Origin: Octopus bimaculoides
Lineage: Eukaryota
Assembly: GCF_001194135.2 (NCBI RefSeq)
Contig: NC_068998.1
Coordinates: 1,427,448 to 1,491,447, forward strand
Length of the DNA stretch: 64,000 bases
Direction: 5' to 3'
Each line of letters starts with the position of its first letter. Within the stretch, counting starts at the first letter, position 1. A model generated the notes under the pieces. It made no database searches, was not told where the DNA came from, and saw only the letters and a program-made list of their open reading frames with translations. The position numbers and the translations under genes are program-made. Below are positions 37,801 to 49,230 of the stretch, piece by piece.

Positions 37801-38677
37801 TACTTGTTGCATATTCTTGCTTTACGTTGTATATTAGTGTTTTTGTTATTATTATTATTGTTTTTTTTTTAAACTTGCATTAAAGGTGGGGGGGGTGTTA
37901 TTTATAGGAGTGCATAGTGGTATGGGAGAGGGGAAGGGCCAGGAGGATGGTGGAGGTTGGTGAGGGGATAGAGTTGTTTTTGGTGATTGTTTTTTTCCCT
38001 CCCCCCCTAATTTTTATTTTGGTTGTTGTTGTTGTTATGTCTTCTGTACCAATTCTAAATAAATCCTTTGCCAACCACGCAGAAACCATTTCATCATTTA
38101 ACTGTTATTTATTCTTTTATTATTATTATTTTTTTTTTCATCATCATCAACACTACAACCATCATCACCAACATCACTACCACCACCGCCACCATCACTG
38201 TCATCATCATCATTACCACAATCATCACCACCACCATCATCTTCACCATCACCACTGTCACCACCATCAGGATGGTGCGAGGCAAAATTGTTAGAATATT
38301 GGTCAAAATGCCTTGTTGTATTTGTTCCTGCTCCCCACCAAAGTTGACTTAGCCTCTCATCCAATGAGGTTTGATAAAGTGGAACACCAGTCAGCAACTG
38401 AAATCAATGGCAAAGACTTCACCCCTCAAANNNNNNNNNNNNNNNNNNNNNNNNNNNNNNNNNNNNNNNNNNNNNNNNNNNNNNNNNNNNNNNNNNNTGG
38501 CAGCAGCAGCAGAAGTGGGCGGTGGGGGTGGTATTAATGATGACAGTGATGGTGGAGAGAGAGTGGGGGTGCCAGAATAAATGTGATGCAATATTTTAAT
38601 CATGTCCCTCTCTCTCTCTTTCATTTGTATCTGACTTTCTCCTTACCCCCCACCACTCCCTCTATTCTGTCTCACAG

Positions 38678-38717
<40 letters not shown>

Positions 38718-39920
38718 ATGATCATAAGATCTCTGTCTGTGTGTCTTTCAGAACTACTTGGACAACCTAACCGAGGACGAAGTGTCAGTGAATATCCAAG
38801 GCTGGGCAGGGAAACGCCTGGAGGCCCCCAAGGAACTCCTCACACAGAATTACAAATACTGGGTCGAGATAACAAGTCAACAGTACAACTTTGACAGAGG
38901 TCAGTCTTCTTTGACCCACGGCTAAACATCAACAACAACAACAACAGTAACATTGTTGTTGTTGTTTAGCCCCGGGTCAGTTCTGCTTCATTATCCACTT
39001 CCCACCAATTTGCTAATCCCTGACCCTTTACCATTTAAACTGACCTTGCAGTGAATTAAAGCTGAATCAGGTGTTTGAAATATTGATAAAAAAAAAAGAT
39101 GTATTAAAATTGGAATTTTTAAGAATTTTTTAAAGAGTGTAGAATTTAATATTTACTGTCTTTTAGTAAAAGCTACATGTTATCCCAAACTAATTAATAA
39201 GCAGCCTTTTTCATTATTGTATAGGTATTATCACTTATTACATCTTACATAATTATTATATAATTGTGTAATTGATTAGAATAACATTCAAGTATTTAAT
39301 GGCAAAATAATGCCAAGCAGATAAACTCTTGAATTACGAAAGTCTTATTGAAACCTTCATTGTTAGCTAATTTCCAGTTTGAAGATGGCAACAAAATATT
39401 TCACTTTATTCCAACAATGGAAACAAAACTGACCATTTTTATTACATGTTCTTTGTTGTAAACCACATTACATATTATTACATATTACATATTATATATT
39501 ACATATTACATATTACATATTATTACGATACCATATTCCAATAAATTCACATCTTTCTGTGATATTCTAGACTGCATTGTTGTTTGGTACATTACTTTAT
39601 CATACATTGTTATAATATGTTTCAATATAATTATCATACAATACATCATTACTATATTTTTATTGCTATATCATATTACAATATTATTATTATTATTATG
39701 TTTGTGCTACCAGATAATATTGAAGTTGAATATTTGAAAACTCTTACCAAAGCAGACCTGATTAATTTCTATAATGTAAGTTCCTGGCATTTCAGCTTTG
39801 TCTTCCTCTGTGTGTGTGTGTGTGTGTTGAAGAGACTTTCCCTCATATACAACATCATCATCATCATCATCAATTTTTCCATGTTGGAGTAGGTTGAATG
39901 GATGCTCACAGTCCTCAGTA

Positions 39921-39951
<31 letters not shown>

Positions 39952-40465
39952 CTTCTCTCTCTCTCTCTCTTTTCTTGGTCTCACCATCCTCTTTCTTGTT
40001 TTCTCTTTTCCTTCTTCAGTTTCTCTCCTTATCTCTTGTGTAACAAACCTAGTTAACCCATACTTGTTGAATAAACAAATTTTAATGATGATGATGTCCC
40101 CCACCCCCTACTTTTTCTCTCTGTCTCCTACTTCAACCTTCTCCTGTCCTCCCCCACCATCTTGTGTGACACCTACTACATCTCTCTCTCTCTCTCTCTC
40201 ACTCCTCAACCTTCTCCTCCTGACTCCCCCTCCACACTTTCTGTCTCTTCTACATCTCCCCCCGTTCTTGTCTAATTTCAGATCAATGTCGCCTACGATG
40301 CCATTTCTAGACATAAGTTAACTGTACATGTGGTGCCCTCTAGTGTCGTTCAGAAGGTCAACGAAACCTGCACCAAGTCCCAGGAGGGTCTCTCCCCAAT
40401 TCCGCCATTCCAGAAGGTAAGAACTTGGAAAGATTTATGCGTTTATTATCTTGCTCGACATGCTT

Positions 40466-40506
<41 letters not shown>

Positions 40507-41026
40507 AGAACACATCTCTGTTGTGGGGGCCCCAGGCATAGGAGCACTGTCCCAGGTGCTCCCACACCTGGAGCAGTGCTGTTGCTACCCCTACATTATA
40601 CTCAAAGTAGAAACATAAAAATATATCCATGTAAACATTAGAGTAAAACAAACCCTTTCAATAGAAAACAATCCACAGAAAAAGGCTTGGGGCAGCCTTC
40701 AACTTCTCCAATGCAAACAGTTTTTGTCAACCAATATTTAAATGCTATTCTTTATAACTTTTCTACTTCATGTTCAACCATTAAAAATCAATTATTTCAC
40801 GTTCACTCAAAGTTTCTAAAATCTTGCAATATCAACAGCCTACATTGATGTTTCTGTTTGTTTTGGAATTTTTTTGTTTTCGATTTTGTTAAATTTTTCT
40901 CTTTTTTTTTTTTAATTTCAGCCAACTGAGATCTCTGACATCGTAGCGTTCAAACGAAGCCTTGCTCTCTACCCATTGCCCAAGCCTTTCATAGACATCA
41001 CAAAAACAGCCAAATCTAAGTTGTGA
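18531..41026 (+). CDS. IDE: Insulin-degrading enzyme (insulysin, peptidase M16A); 27 visible coding exons plus 1 inferred in a gap
   Basis: Exon chain is colinear with metazoan IDE, with GT-AG junctions and matching phases. Motifs include [35 protein letters not shown] and a C-terminal SKL. Confidence 0.97.
19213..19289 (+). CDS. IDE: IDE exon with the inverted zinc-binding motif HFCEH
   Basis: [25 protein letters not shown]; AG/GTAAGA. Confidence 0.97.
19575..19601 (+). CDS. IDE: IDE 27-nt microexon (YPQENEYSK)
   Basis: ttcttccag/GTGAGA, phase 0-0; fills the alignment between the flanking exons. Confidence 0.93.
19990..20093 (+). CDS. IDE: IDE exon ([14 protein letters not shown]...GALDR)
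   Basis: Canonical splice sites, 104 nt, phase 0-2. Confidence 0.95.
20320..20590. repeat. Degenerate tandem repeat, 4 x ~65 bp
   Basis: Recurring TTGCCAGTG...TGGC...CACGTGAAAA units. Confidence 0.6.
20672..20841 (+). CDS. IDE: IDE exon carrying the third zinc ligand (EVNAVNSEH)
   Basis: [10 protein letters not shown]...YCRFGT; 170 nt, phase 2-1. Confidence 0.96.
21186..21966. other. Assembly gap inside IDE, predicted to hide one coding exon
   Basis: 781 N; the IDE segment equivalent to human G221-R261 is absent elsewhere in the intron. Confidence 0.8.
22307..22419 (+). CDS. IDE: IDE exon (ESLDELTS...EQVK)
   Basis: 113 nt, phase 1-0, canonical sites. Confidence 0.94.
23199..23288 (+). CDS. 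IDE: IDE exon ([14 protein letters not shown]...YKSN)
   Basis: 90 nt, phase 0-0. Confidence 0.95.
23455..23527 (+). CDS. IDE: IDE exon ([17 protein letters not shown]...)
   Basis: 73 nt, phase 0-1. Confidence 0.95.
23640..23960 (-). mobile_element. SINE family A (IDE intron, antisense)
   Basis: Head, core, microsatellite and part of the tail match 1562-1922. Confidence 0.7.
24037..24129 (+). CDS. IDE: IDE exon ([19 protein letters not shown]...)
   Basis: 93 nt, phase 1-1. Confidence 0.95.
25584..25675 (+). CDS. IDE: IDE exon (HVNDIV...[11 protein letters not shown])
   Basis: 92 nt, phase 1-0. Confidence 0.95.
26425..26505 (+). CDS. IDE: IDE exon ([18 protein letters not shown]...)
   Basis: 81 nt, phase 0-0. 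Confidence 0.95.
26639..26742 (+). CDS. IDE: IDE exon (TFEMTDVL...RPDLI...ETVR)
   Basis: 104 nt, phase 0-2. Confidence 0.93.
27425..27527 (+). CDS. IDE: IDE exon ([13 protein letters not shown]...YYGTDY...)
   Basis: 103 nt, phase 2-0. Confidence 0.94.
27590..27965 (-). mobile_element. SINE family A (IDE intron, antisense)
   Basis: Near-complete reverse-complement match. Confidence 0.75.
28097..28192 (+). CDS. IDE: IDE exon (TWRNC...[10 protein letters not shown]...)
   Basis: 96 nt, phase 0-0. Confidence 0.95.
28290..29040. repeat. Degenerate ~45-50 bp minisatellite interrupted by an RTE-tail repeat
   Basis: Recurring CTCTGTGAGTATCTC..GTTATAT..TGAGTACATGA.TATAAC units. Confidence 0.55.
28681..28890 (-). 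mobile_element. RTE-type 3' tail repeat ending GACGTTAAACGATGATG
   Basis: Same sequence at about 11700(+), 14452(+), 23545(-), 26130(-), 34185(-) and 42172. Confidence 0.7.
29111..29137 (+). CDS. IDE: IDE 27-nt microexon (SSPLPEIIK)
   Basis: Long polypyrimidine tract, tttttcag/GTCAGT, phase 0-0; aligns to human ATPYPALIK. Confidence 0.88.
29521..29700 (+). mobile_element. SINE family B (GTTCAAATTCCGCCGAGGTCGACTTTGCCTTTCATCCTTTCGGGGTCGATAAA core)
   Basis: B box plus a conserved central domain. Diverged copies at about 18250, 24935, 29200, 38330, 45425(-), 51560(-), 53060(-) and 58340. Confidence 0.78.
29890..29972 (+). CDS. IDE: IDE exon ([20 protein letters not shown]...)
   Basis: 83 nt, phase 0-2. 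Confidence 0.96.
30172..30316 (+). CDS. IDE: IDE exon (VDPVH...[12 protein letters not shown]...)
   Basis: 145 nt, phase 2-0. Confidence 0.96.
32396..32506 (+). CDS. IDE: IDE exon ([10 protein letters not shown]...KRFAILKES)
   Basis: 111 nt, phase 0-0. Confidence 0.96.
32914..33034 (+). CDS. IDE: IDE exon ([16 protein letters not shown]...)
   Basis: 121 nt, phase 0-1. Confidence 0.96.
33329..33420 (+). CDS. IDE: IDE exon ([11 protein letters not shown]...YGNTSQE)
   Basis: 92 nt, phase 1-0. Confidence 0.95.
33538..33752. mobile_element. MITE-like element
   Basis: Inverted ends TTAGCATTT / AAATGCTAA. The internal sequence is shared with 13197-13350. Confidence 0.55.
33994..34102 (+). CDS. 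IDE: IDE exon ([11 protein letters not shown]...YREHQLLD)
   Basis: 109 nt, phase 0-1. Confidence 0.92.
35113..35280 (+). CDS. IDE: IDE exon (…[21 protein letters not shown])
   Basis: 168 nt, phase 1-1. Confidence 0.96.
35330..35745 (-). mobile_element. SINE family A (IDE intron, antisense)
   Basis: Near-complete reverse-complement match. Confidence 0.72.
36060..36400 (+). mobile_element. RTE-clade LINE 3' relic
   Basis: Reads EIGFI*RICGVS and [16 protein letters not shown], i.e. degenerate EMxFLRRI and GRPxGRPRxxW motifs. Confidence 0.6.
36559..36683 (+). CDS. IDE: IDE exon ([15 protein letters not shown]...EAFLHSVK)
   Basis: 125 nt, phase 1-0. Confidence 0.95.
38752..38899 (+). CDS. IDE: IDE exon (NYLDNLTED...[14 protein letters not shown])
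   Basis: 148 nt, phase 0-1. Confidence 0.95.
39714..39775 (+). CDS. IDE: IDE exon ([20 protein letters not shown])
   Basis: 62 nt, phase 1-0. Confidence 0.95.
40282..40416 (+). CDS. IDE: IDE exon (…RHKLTVHVV…PPFQK)
   Basis: 135 nt, phase 0-0. Confidence 0.92.
40922..41026 (+). CDS. IDE: IDE terminal coding exon (…[14 protein letters not shown]…AKSKL-stop)
   Basis: 105 nt including TGA; ends in the PTS1 SKL. Confidence 0.95.
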   Translation, partial: PTEISDIVAFKRSLALYPLPKPFIDITKTAKSKL

Positions 41027-42533
41027 GTCACGCGACGCCACTGACTGTTCACCTTTCCTCTTCAGCTCTTCTCACTTTTAATCTTTTTTAGTTCCCATTT
41101 GCTCTATTTGAGAGCAAACTGTTAACCTTCAGCAAACAGTACCGTCACTCTCAACACTGCCGATATATACATATATATACATATATATACATATATATAT
41201 ATNNNNNNNNNNNNNNNNNNNNNNNNNNNNNNNNNNNNNNNNNNNNNNNNNNNNNNNNNNNNNNNNNNNNNNNNNNNNNNNNNNNNNNNNNNNNNNNNNN
41301 NNNNNNNNNNNNNNNNNNNNNNNNNNNNNNNNNNNNNNNNNNNNNNNNNNNNNNNNNNNNNNNNNNNNNNNNNNNNNNNNNNNNNNNNNNNNNNNNNNNN
41401 NNNNNNNNNNNNNNNNNNNNNNNNNNNNNNNNNNNNNNNNNNNNNNNNNNNNNNNNNNNNNNNNNNNNNNNNNNNNNNNNNNNNNNNNNNNNNNNNNNNN
41501 NNNNNNNNNNNNNNNNNNNNNNNNNNNNNNNNNNNNNNNNNNNNNNNNNNNNNNNNNNNNNNNNNNNNNNNNNNNNNNNNNNNNNNNNNNNNNNNNNNNN
41601 NNNNNNNNNNNNNNNNNNNNNNNNNNNNNNNNNNNNNNNNNNNNNNNNNNNNNNNNNNNNNNNNNNNNNNNNNNNNNNNNNNNNNNNNNNNNNNNNNNNN
41701 NNNNNNNNNNNNNNNNNNNNNNNNNNNNNNNNNNNNNNNNNNNNNNNNNNNNNNNNNNNNNNNNNNNNNNNNNNNNNNNNNNNNNNNNNNNNNNNNNNNN
41801 NNNNNNNNNNNNNNNNNNNNNNNNNNNNNNNNNNNNNNNNNNNNNNNNNNNNNNNNNNNNNNNNNNNNNNNNNNNNNNNNNNNNNNNNNNNNNNNNNNNN
41901 NNNNNNNNNNNNNNNNNNNNNNNNNNNNNNNNNNNNNNNNNNNNNNATATATATATATATATATATATAATGTATGTATCTATTGCCAAATGAAGTGTAT
42001 TTTACACAACTCCATCATTACTTGAAAAGAAAACAATTATTAAACAATCAAGATTGATGAAGGTATTTCAACCAGAAAGCAATATTATACACCTGTATGT
42101 GTATGTATGCATGTATACGTGTGTATATATGTATGTACATTTGTATGTATGTGTGTGTGTGTGTGTGTATATTATCATCGTCTAAAATCCACTTTCCATG
42201 CCAGCATGGGTTGGACAGTTTGACAGGAGCTGGCCACGCAGACTTCTGCGTCTGTTTTGGCAGACACAGAAGTTTGGTGCAAGCTCCAGCCTGGCCAATT
42301 TCTGTCAAGCCGTCCAACCCTTCTGAGCATAGAAGGCGGACATTAAACAATGACCCTGATATCTATATCTATATATATATACAGGTACATAGATCGATTG
42401 ATGTACACACATGTATATATATACATATATACACACTCACAGAAACGTATATATGTGTGTGTGTGTGTGTGTATAGTTATATAAGTATACACATATATGT
42501 GTAAAACAAATAAGCACACAGAGATACATGCTC

Positions 42534-42619
<86 letters not shown>

Positions 42620-43203
42620 ATATGCACATGTGTATATATATATATGCATGGGTATGTACATGTGTGTATACATATGTATACTATATATATATATATATAT
42701 ATATATATGTAAAACAAACATGTAAGTACACACATGTATCTACAATATATATATGTATATATACACATATACATATATATATAAACATTTGTCGTCAGTT
42801 CAGAATGGGTGTCTTTCTTAAATATATTGTAATTTAGAATATAAAATTATTTATCAGCAACTTCTACGCCTTTTATTATTTTCTTTTATTTATGCTTTCT
42901 TTGTTTAGCTTTGTTGTTGATTTTTATAAATTTTTTTCCCTAAATGACAGGAACACCTGAAAATGATTTCAATGTCAACCTATTTGTTTGCATTTAATTC
43001 TCCATCCCTTGACTCCAGTGAGGGGTAGGGGTACTCGGTTAACCCTAATTAGAATTGTTAGTTTCAGGTTTTCCAGTTTATATGATCAGAAATACATTTA
43101 TCAGATGTGTTACGTAAGAAGAATCTTGAGGATCTGATCAAAAACTTTGCAATTAAAATATATTGAAGCAGACTTTTTCAAATATAAAATGGAAGTCTAT
43201 AAA

Positions 43204-43209
43204 AATAAA
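43204..43209 (+). promoter_or_regulatory. Possible IDE polyadenylation signal
   Basis: AATAAA followed by a T/GT-rich tract ~2.2 kb after the stop. An intervening gap (41203-41946) could hide the real site. Confidence 0.25.
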
Positions 43210-43329
43210 TGTATTTTATTTTACTGTTTTGTTTCATTAAAAAAAAATACGGTTTATATTTTGAATTACATAAATATGGGGGCACAAAAATCTTTTAAGT
43301 GCTTAGGGTCTCTAGGGGCCTCTTAATCC

Positions 43330-43900
43330 AGCCCTGTCTATGCGTTTGAAGAGGGTTTGGATGTTACAATCACAGAGGTTGTTATGAAGAGCTGAATGGC
43401 ATTGGGTCTCTCACATACATCGGGACTTACAAGGCTTCCGAGTGACACAAAAGATGAGGGTGTTGGCAGAGGGATTGGTGTTGTAGAATTGGGAAGGGGT
43501 CAGTTATAAGTGTACTTATGGGAGATGACAGGAAATTAATGTCACACAGAGAAAGGGCGTATTTAAAAGTGCCAGGATGTTTACTTCTGGGAATTTCTAA
43601 GCAAAAGGTCTCTCATGTTATTTTTCTTTTGGTCTCTTTTGGGAGAGAAGAGAGCATTCAGAAGGTCAGCGCAAGGGAAGTAAAAGTACCGAAGGCTAGA
43701 TTAAGGGATAAGGGGGCACCAACAGAAAAGGGGAAGGTTTGGAATAAAAGTGCAAAGACTATTAATCTGTGATTTGTGATGTCAGTATGGAGACTCCGTG
43801 CAAGGAAAATGTGGGGCATTTTAAGGAATTTGGAGCGAAAATCCAAGTGTGGCCTACACAAGAGAGTGAGATGGACAGGAATTGTGGAAGAATGAGATGA
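43330..43900 (-). mobile_element. Highly decayed Penelope-like relic
   Basis: Weak remnants (NMRDLLLRN, PGTF) of the RT-GIY-YIG linker; many stops. Confidence 0.3.
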
Positions 43901-46900
43901 CAGTTGTGTAGGGGCCAAAGTAAGTTGAAAGAGGAGGGAGTTTAATAGGGAAATATGACGGTTGCTGATGTGGGAGTGGTGGTAGTAGTAATGGAACGAG
44001 GATCTGTTACTGCAGGTAGTAGTAGTAGTAGTAGTTACGTTGGCAGTGGTTGTGATGATGATGATGGTGGTGGTGGTGGTGGTGATATTGGCAGAAGGGA
44101 AAGTGGGAGTGATAAATGGCGATGGCAAAGATGATAGTGGTTATGATGGTGGTGACTGTGATGACTACGGTGACAGCTTCTGCTGGTAGTGGTGCTGGTG
44201 GTGTAAGCAATCCAAAGTACAAAAGAGTTGGGTGGGGAATAAAGGTTGTATCAGTGACGGATGATGTAGTTGGCGGCGGCGGTGGTAGGGCCAGCAGTGA
44301 TGGTGGTGGCGAAGATGGCGGAGGCAATTGTGGTCGTGGTGGCAGTGATGAGTAAGGAGATGGTGCTGGCGGCGGGGTGGTAGGAACTGGTGTTGGTGCT
44401 GGTGGTAGTAGGTTGTTAGAAACAGAAGCAGTAATGATGTTTGTAGTAGTAGTAAGAAGAAGAATGGTGGTGGTGGTGGTGGTGGTGGGAAGCTGCTGTT
44501 ATTGGCATGGCATATTGTGATGAGGGTGGTCTCATCTCTGATAATGATGATGTTATTGGAATGATCTGAAGACCAAGGAGTGCTGGTGATGATGATGATG
44601 ATGATGATGATGGTTGGTGGGGGGGTCGAGGGGAGAGGAGTGGATTACCTGCCATAAGGGTGCGTCTCTGAACCCTGGTAATGGATATAAAGTTGGCTAT
44701 ATAAACATCCGGGGAGTTGTAACCACGGCCCCCACCCCCCACTGCATACAAATAGGGCACCCTCCCCTTCAATCCCTCACCCCCACACCCTGCTCTACAT
44801 TCCCCCAGAATGAATAAAAACAAAAGTTTTCGAGAACGTTCCACATAGACGTGCACGAATATAAACACGCATCAGATTGCACTTTTACCAACGGGTGTAT
44901 ACAGGACTGATGATTATACACGCTTACACACACACACACACACACACGTACACACTCTTATATGTATATGTAGATACATATGTGTGAGTGTATGCATGTA
45001 TTGAAACAAATACGTGTGTATACATATATAAACACATGTATATATATGTATGTTTATGTATCTATACATACATATGTATGTATAGACACATATATACGTG
45101 TGTGTGCAAGTCCTATTAGTGTAACCAAGCAGGGGTGCCACTCTGTTGACATTTCCCCGTTCACTCAGACTCCTGCCTGTCATTGACCCCGACTCACACA
45201 CACACACACACACATTCTATCTTTTTTTTTTTCAAAGACAAATCTACATTGGCTCAGTCAATGTGGCTGCTAATGGGCATCAATTGGGTGTAGTAAATAA
45301 GTTAAAGGCCAACATTGTATTCATTGTATTCTTTTGTGCCGTCCATATGTTTATATAAGAATTACCGATGGTGGAGTCTGAAATTTCTTTTGGTGTAGGG
45401 GTGGGGTAGGGGCTAGTGCATTGCATCAAACCCAGAATTCATCGACCCACGAAAGGATGAAAGGCAAAGTCGATCTCGACGGAATTTGAACTCAGAACGT
45501 AAAGACAGACGAAATGCCGCGAAGCATTTTGTCCGGTGCTAACGACTGTGCCCGCTCACCGCCTTAGTAGTAACAACAACAATATTAATGATAATAATAA
45601 TAATAATAGAAGAAGAAAACGATCCGTTTCAAACGGAGGTTACTGAGTTGGTGATCCCTACTCTAAGTAACCCCAAGGCAGTTAATGGTGGCAGAGTACA
45701 GCTGACCTGAACTTAGTGACCTCTCAGCACCGTGCTCAGTTCTTTACACCTGTAAAAATTTTGTGATTGATTAGCGTAGGTAGACGAGGAGGAGGAGGAT
45801 ATATCGGGTTTCTACTTAGCGCCATGGAACCCTGAATAAATGTTAAGTACATTTGACCTTCTTAAACGGAAGGGACCCAAAGGAACAGACTATGGTTTAT
45901 CAGAGTTTATGACACAGAAATTCCTTCCTGGAATTCAAATACGTGTCTCACTTGACCATTTCCCAAGATTTTTTCCACATCGTCAAAAGGAAGACATTCA
46001 CCATTATGTGTCGGTGTCGGTGTGTTTATGTCCCCGTAACTAAGCGGTTCGGCAAAAGAGACGGATATAATAACTACTGGCGTCGATTCGTTCCCCCCAA
46101 AACTCTTCAAGGCGGTGCCCCAGCATGGCCGCAATCTAATGAATGAAACAAGTAAAAGAGAAGATAAAAGGAGTTGGAACTTGGAACGCTGCATACCAAA
46201 CATACGGTTGCTGCTGCTACTACTACTACTACCATCACCACCACCACCACCGCCGCCACCACGACCATCAGCATCATAATTACTACTACTACTACTACTC
46301 AGTACTCTCTAAGCTGAGGGATGGAACGATGGGAAAGGTTATGAGAGAAGAAAGACTGACGGATCGAGATTCAATAAACAAATAAATGAAAATAGTAAAA
46401 AAAAAAAAAAAGTGAAATAAGTGACTTTGGTGTCAGGAGAAAAGCGAAAGCCAAAACAAGGAACGTTGATGCAGAATGTGGGTCAGTTAACGCGCTGCCA
46501 ATCTTGGTTCTACCATTTCACAAATTGTTGTTTCCTTATGAAAATAGAAGGAGGGGGGGGGCAAGTATTCCAGTGAAAACCCAGCCATCTCTCTCTCTAT
46601 CTCTCTCTTCAGTCAGTCTTTCTTTTCTATGTGTGTGTGTGAGAGAGAGAGAGAGATCCTTGTATCCATGACTCGTAAGGGAGGGTTGGGGGCGACAGAT
46701 TTGTTGTTTCCTTAACCTATTAAGAGCTGCTTGCAGAAAAGTCCCCCACGACACCTAGGAATGGTTGTGAAGTGATAACTGTGGTAGTGGTGATGACGAC
46801 GGCGAAGGCGGTGGTGGTGGTGGTAGTTGTTGAGTTGGTGGGGGACGACAGTTCCATCCAACAAATATTTGGTTACGACTTCTTTTATTTTTGTGATAAT

Positions 46901-47076
46901 ACTTTTGCTTCCATGTCACACGCGACCAAGCTGGGGCACCGCCTTTAAGATATTTGTCGACCATATCGATCCCCGTATATATTTTAAAGTATCGTACTTC
47001 TTTTATCTCTGTTTCTGTCTGTCTCTCCCATTCTTACATTTCAGGGATACGAACGTTTTTATACATGTGTGTGCAT

Positions 47077-47126
<50 letters not shown>

Positions 47127-47800
47127 NNNNNNNNNNNNNNNNNNNNNNNNNNNNNNNNNNNNNNNNNNNNNNNNNNNNNNNNNNNNNNNNNNNNNNNNNN
47201 NNNNNNNNNNNNNNNNNNNNNNNNNNNNNNNNNNNNNNNNNNNNNNNNNNNNNNNNNNNNNNNNNNNNNNNNNNNNNNNNNNNNNNNNNNNNNNNNNNNN
47301 NNNNNNNNNNNNNNNNNNNNNNNNNNNNNNNNNNNNNNNNNNNNNNNNNNNNNNNNNNNNNNNNNNNNNNNNNNNNNNNNNNNNNNNNNNNNNNNNNNNN
47401 NNNNNNNNNNNNNNNNNNNNNNNNNNNNNNNNNNNNNNNNNNNNNNNNNNNNNNNNNNNNNNNNNNNNNNNNNNNNNNNNNNNNNNNNNNNNNNNNNNNN
47501 NNNNNNNNNNNNNNNNNNNNNNNNNNNNNNNNNNNNNNNNNNNNNNNNNNNNNNNNNNNNNNNNNNNNNNNNNNNNNNNNNNNNNNNNNNNNNNNNNNNN
47601 NNNNNNNNNNNNNNNNNNNTATATATATATATATGGAAAAAAAAGAGATGTATTCCCACGCAGGAAAAAAATCTAGTAGAATTTGTTTTGAAAAGGCACC
47701 TGAATTTGAAAAACTTGTAGTTGTTTTTAAATATATTTATACACGCACACACGCGTACGTACACACACACACGTACGTACACACACACACACACATGGTG

Positions 47801-48012
47801 CATGCTCGTAATACCTTGTCTTCGACAAAAAATCATACAAGGTCAGAAAATATGGATCAATTGATATATTTGACCTCTCAATGAGTTCACGGATTCTCAA
47901 TGACAGTGCTGGCATATGTGATCCAATAGGCCTGTCCTTGTTAGACGCTTACTAAAATTAAACATTCCTTGATCTCAATGTTGAGTTATTCCGAGACGAT
48001 GGATTAGCCGCG
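47801..48012 (+). mobile_element. Penelope-like RT fragment
   Basis: Across frameshifts it reads HARNTL..FDLSMSS..AGICDPIGL..ELFRDDGLA, matching the HARKSLLF / FDVTMGSxDGAE / YRDDGL motifs. Confidence 0.65.
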
Positions 48013-48361
48013 ACGATCTAAATAGATGTGTGTTGGCTTTTGAATGTTACATTTTGATATCACTGTGTGATTGATTATCTCTCTATTTATTTTGATATCA
48101 TTATGTGATTGGTTTGTTTACTGAAGCTGTGATAACAAGGTTGGTGGTGGCAAGGAATAGGTTGGTTGGAGGAGAGAAGATTGACAACAGTAACAATAAC
48201 AATAACAACAAAAACAACAATATCAATATCAGGATTAGAAAAGAGGAAGCAAGAAAAGGAACAAAATGTACAAAATAAATTGCTATTTATATATACATAC
48301 GCACACATATATATGGATGTGAATGTTTACTCATGTGTATATACTCACAAATATATATATA

Positions 48362-48393
<32 letters not shown>

Positions 48394-49172
48394 CACACAC
48401 ATACGGGTATATGTGTCTGTGTGTGTATATATACACAAACGCATTTATGTATATATGTACACACACACAAATACACATGTGTGTGAGCGTGTGTTCATAC
48501 TCAGATACATTAACGTATTTTCTCTGAAGCACAGAAACACACACACACACGCATACATATATATAGGCACATACACACGTGTTTGTATCTTCGCAGAAAG
48601 AATGGCGGTGTGGATGGTTTAATGGTGGCCATTAATTTGTTTGATTAATTTATTTGGAAGAGTGACAAGTTTAAGAGTAATTAGACATTGATTGGTGTTG
48701 TTGACCAATGGAATGGAACAGACATAGTTGGGGGTCTTTTGGTGCAAAGAGGAAGAGGAAGGATAAGGAGGGTAGAGAAAGAGGGGCAGACAAGAAAGAT
48801 AAGGGAAATAAGAGAGAAGAAATAATGGGAGAGAAGAGAAAGAGGGGTGAAAGAGAAGAAGTGAAGAAGCTGAAAAGAAAGAGAGGAGGAAAGAAAGAAG
48901 GTAAAGAGAAAGCGGAGAGGAGAAAGAAGAGGGAAATGTAAGCGTTGACATCGTTATTCCTTCGAAAAGAGAAGAAAGTTACTGGCTAACTCCAGCGATA
49001 TGATTTCGAGTTCCGAAATGAGGTTTAAGTTACGGCCGGTGACAATTCCGGACAAGTTTCGGTTTTATTCTCCCTCTTTCCAGAGCAGCAAACTGGTAGA
49101 TATGTTAGTGCGTCAAACAAAATGCATAACAAGATTGCTCTTTACGTCCTGTATCTATGTATGTATGTATGT

Positions 49173-49230
<58 letters not shown>

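Noticed and set aside
45398-45412. G-run cluster as a G-quadruplex (also 51539-51556)
   Set aside because: Only three clear G-tracts and no functional context.
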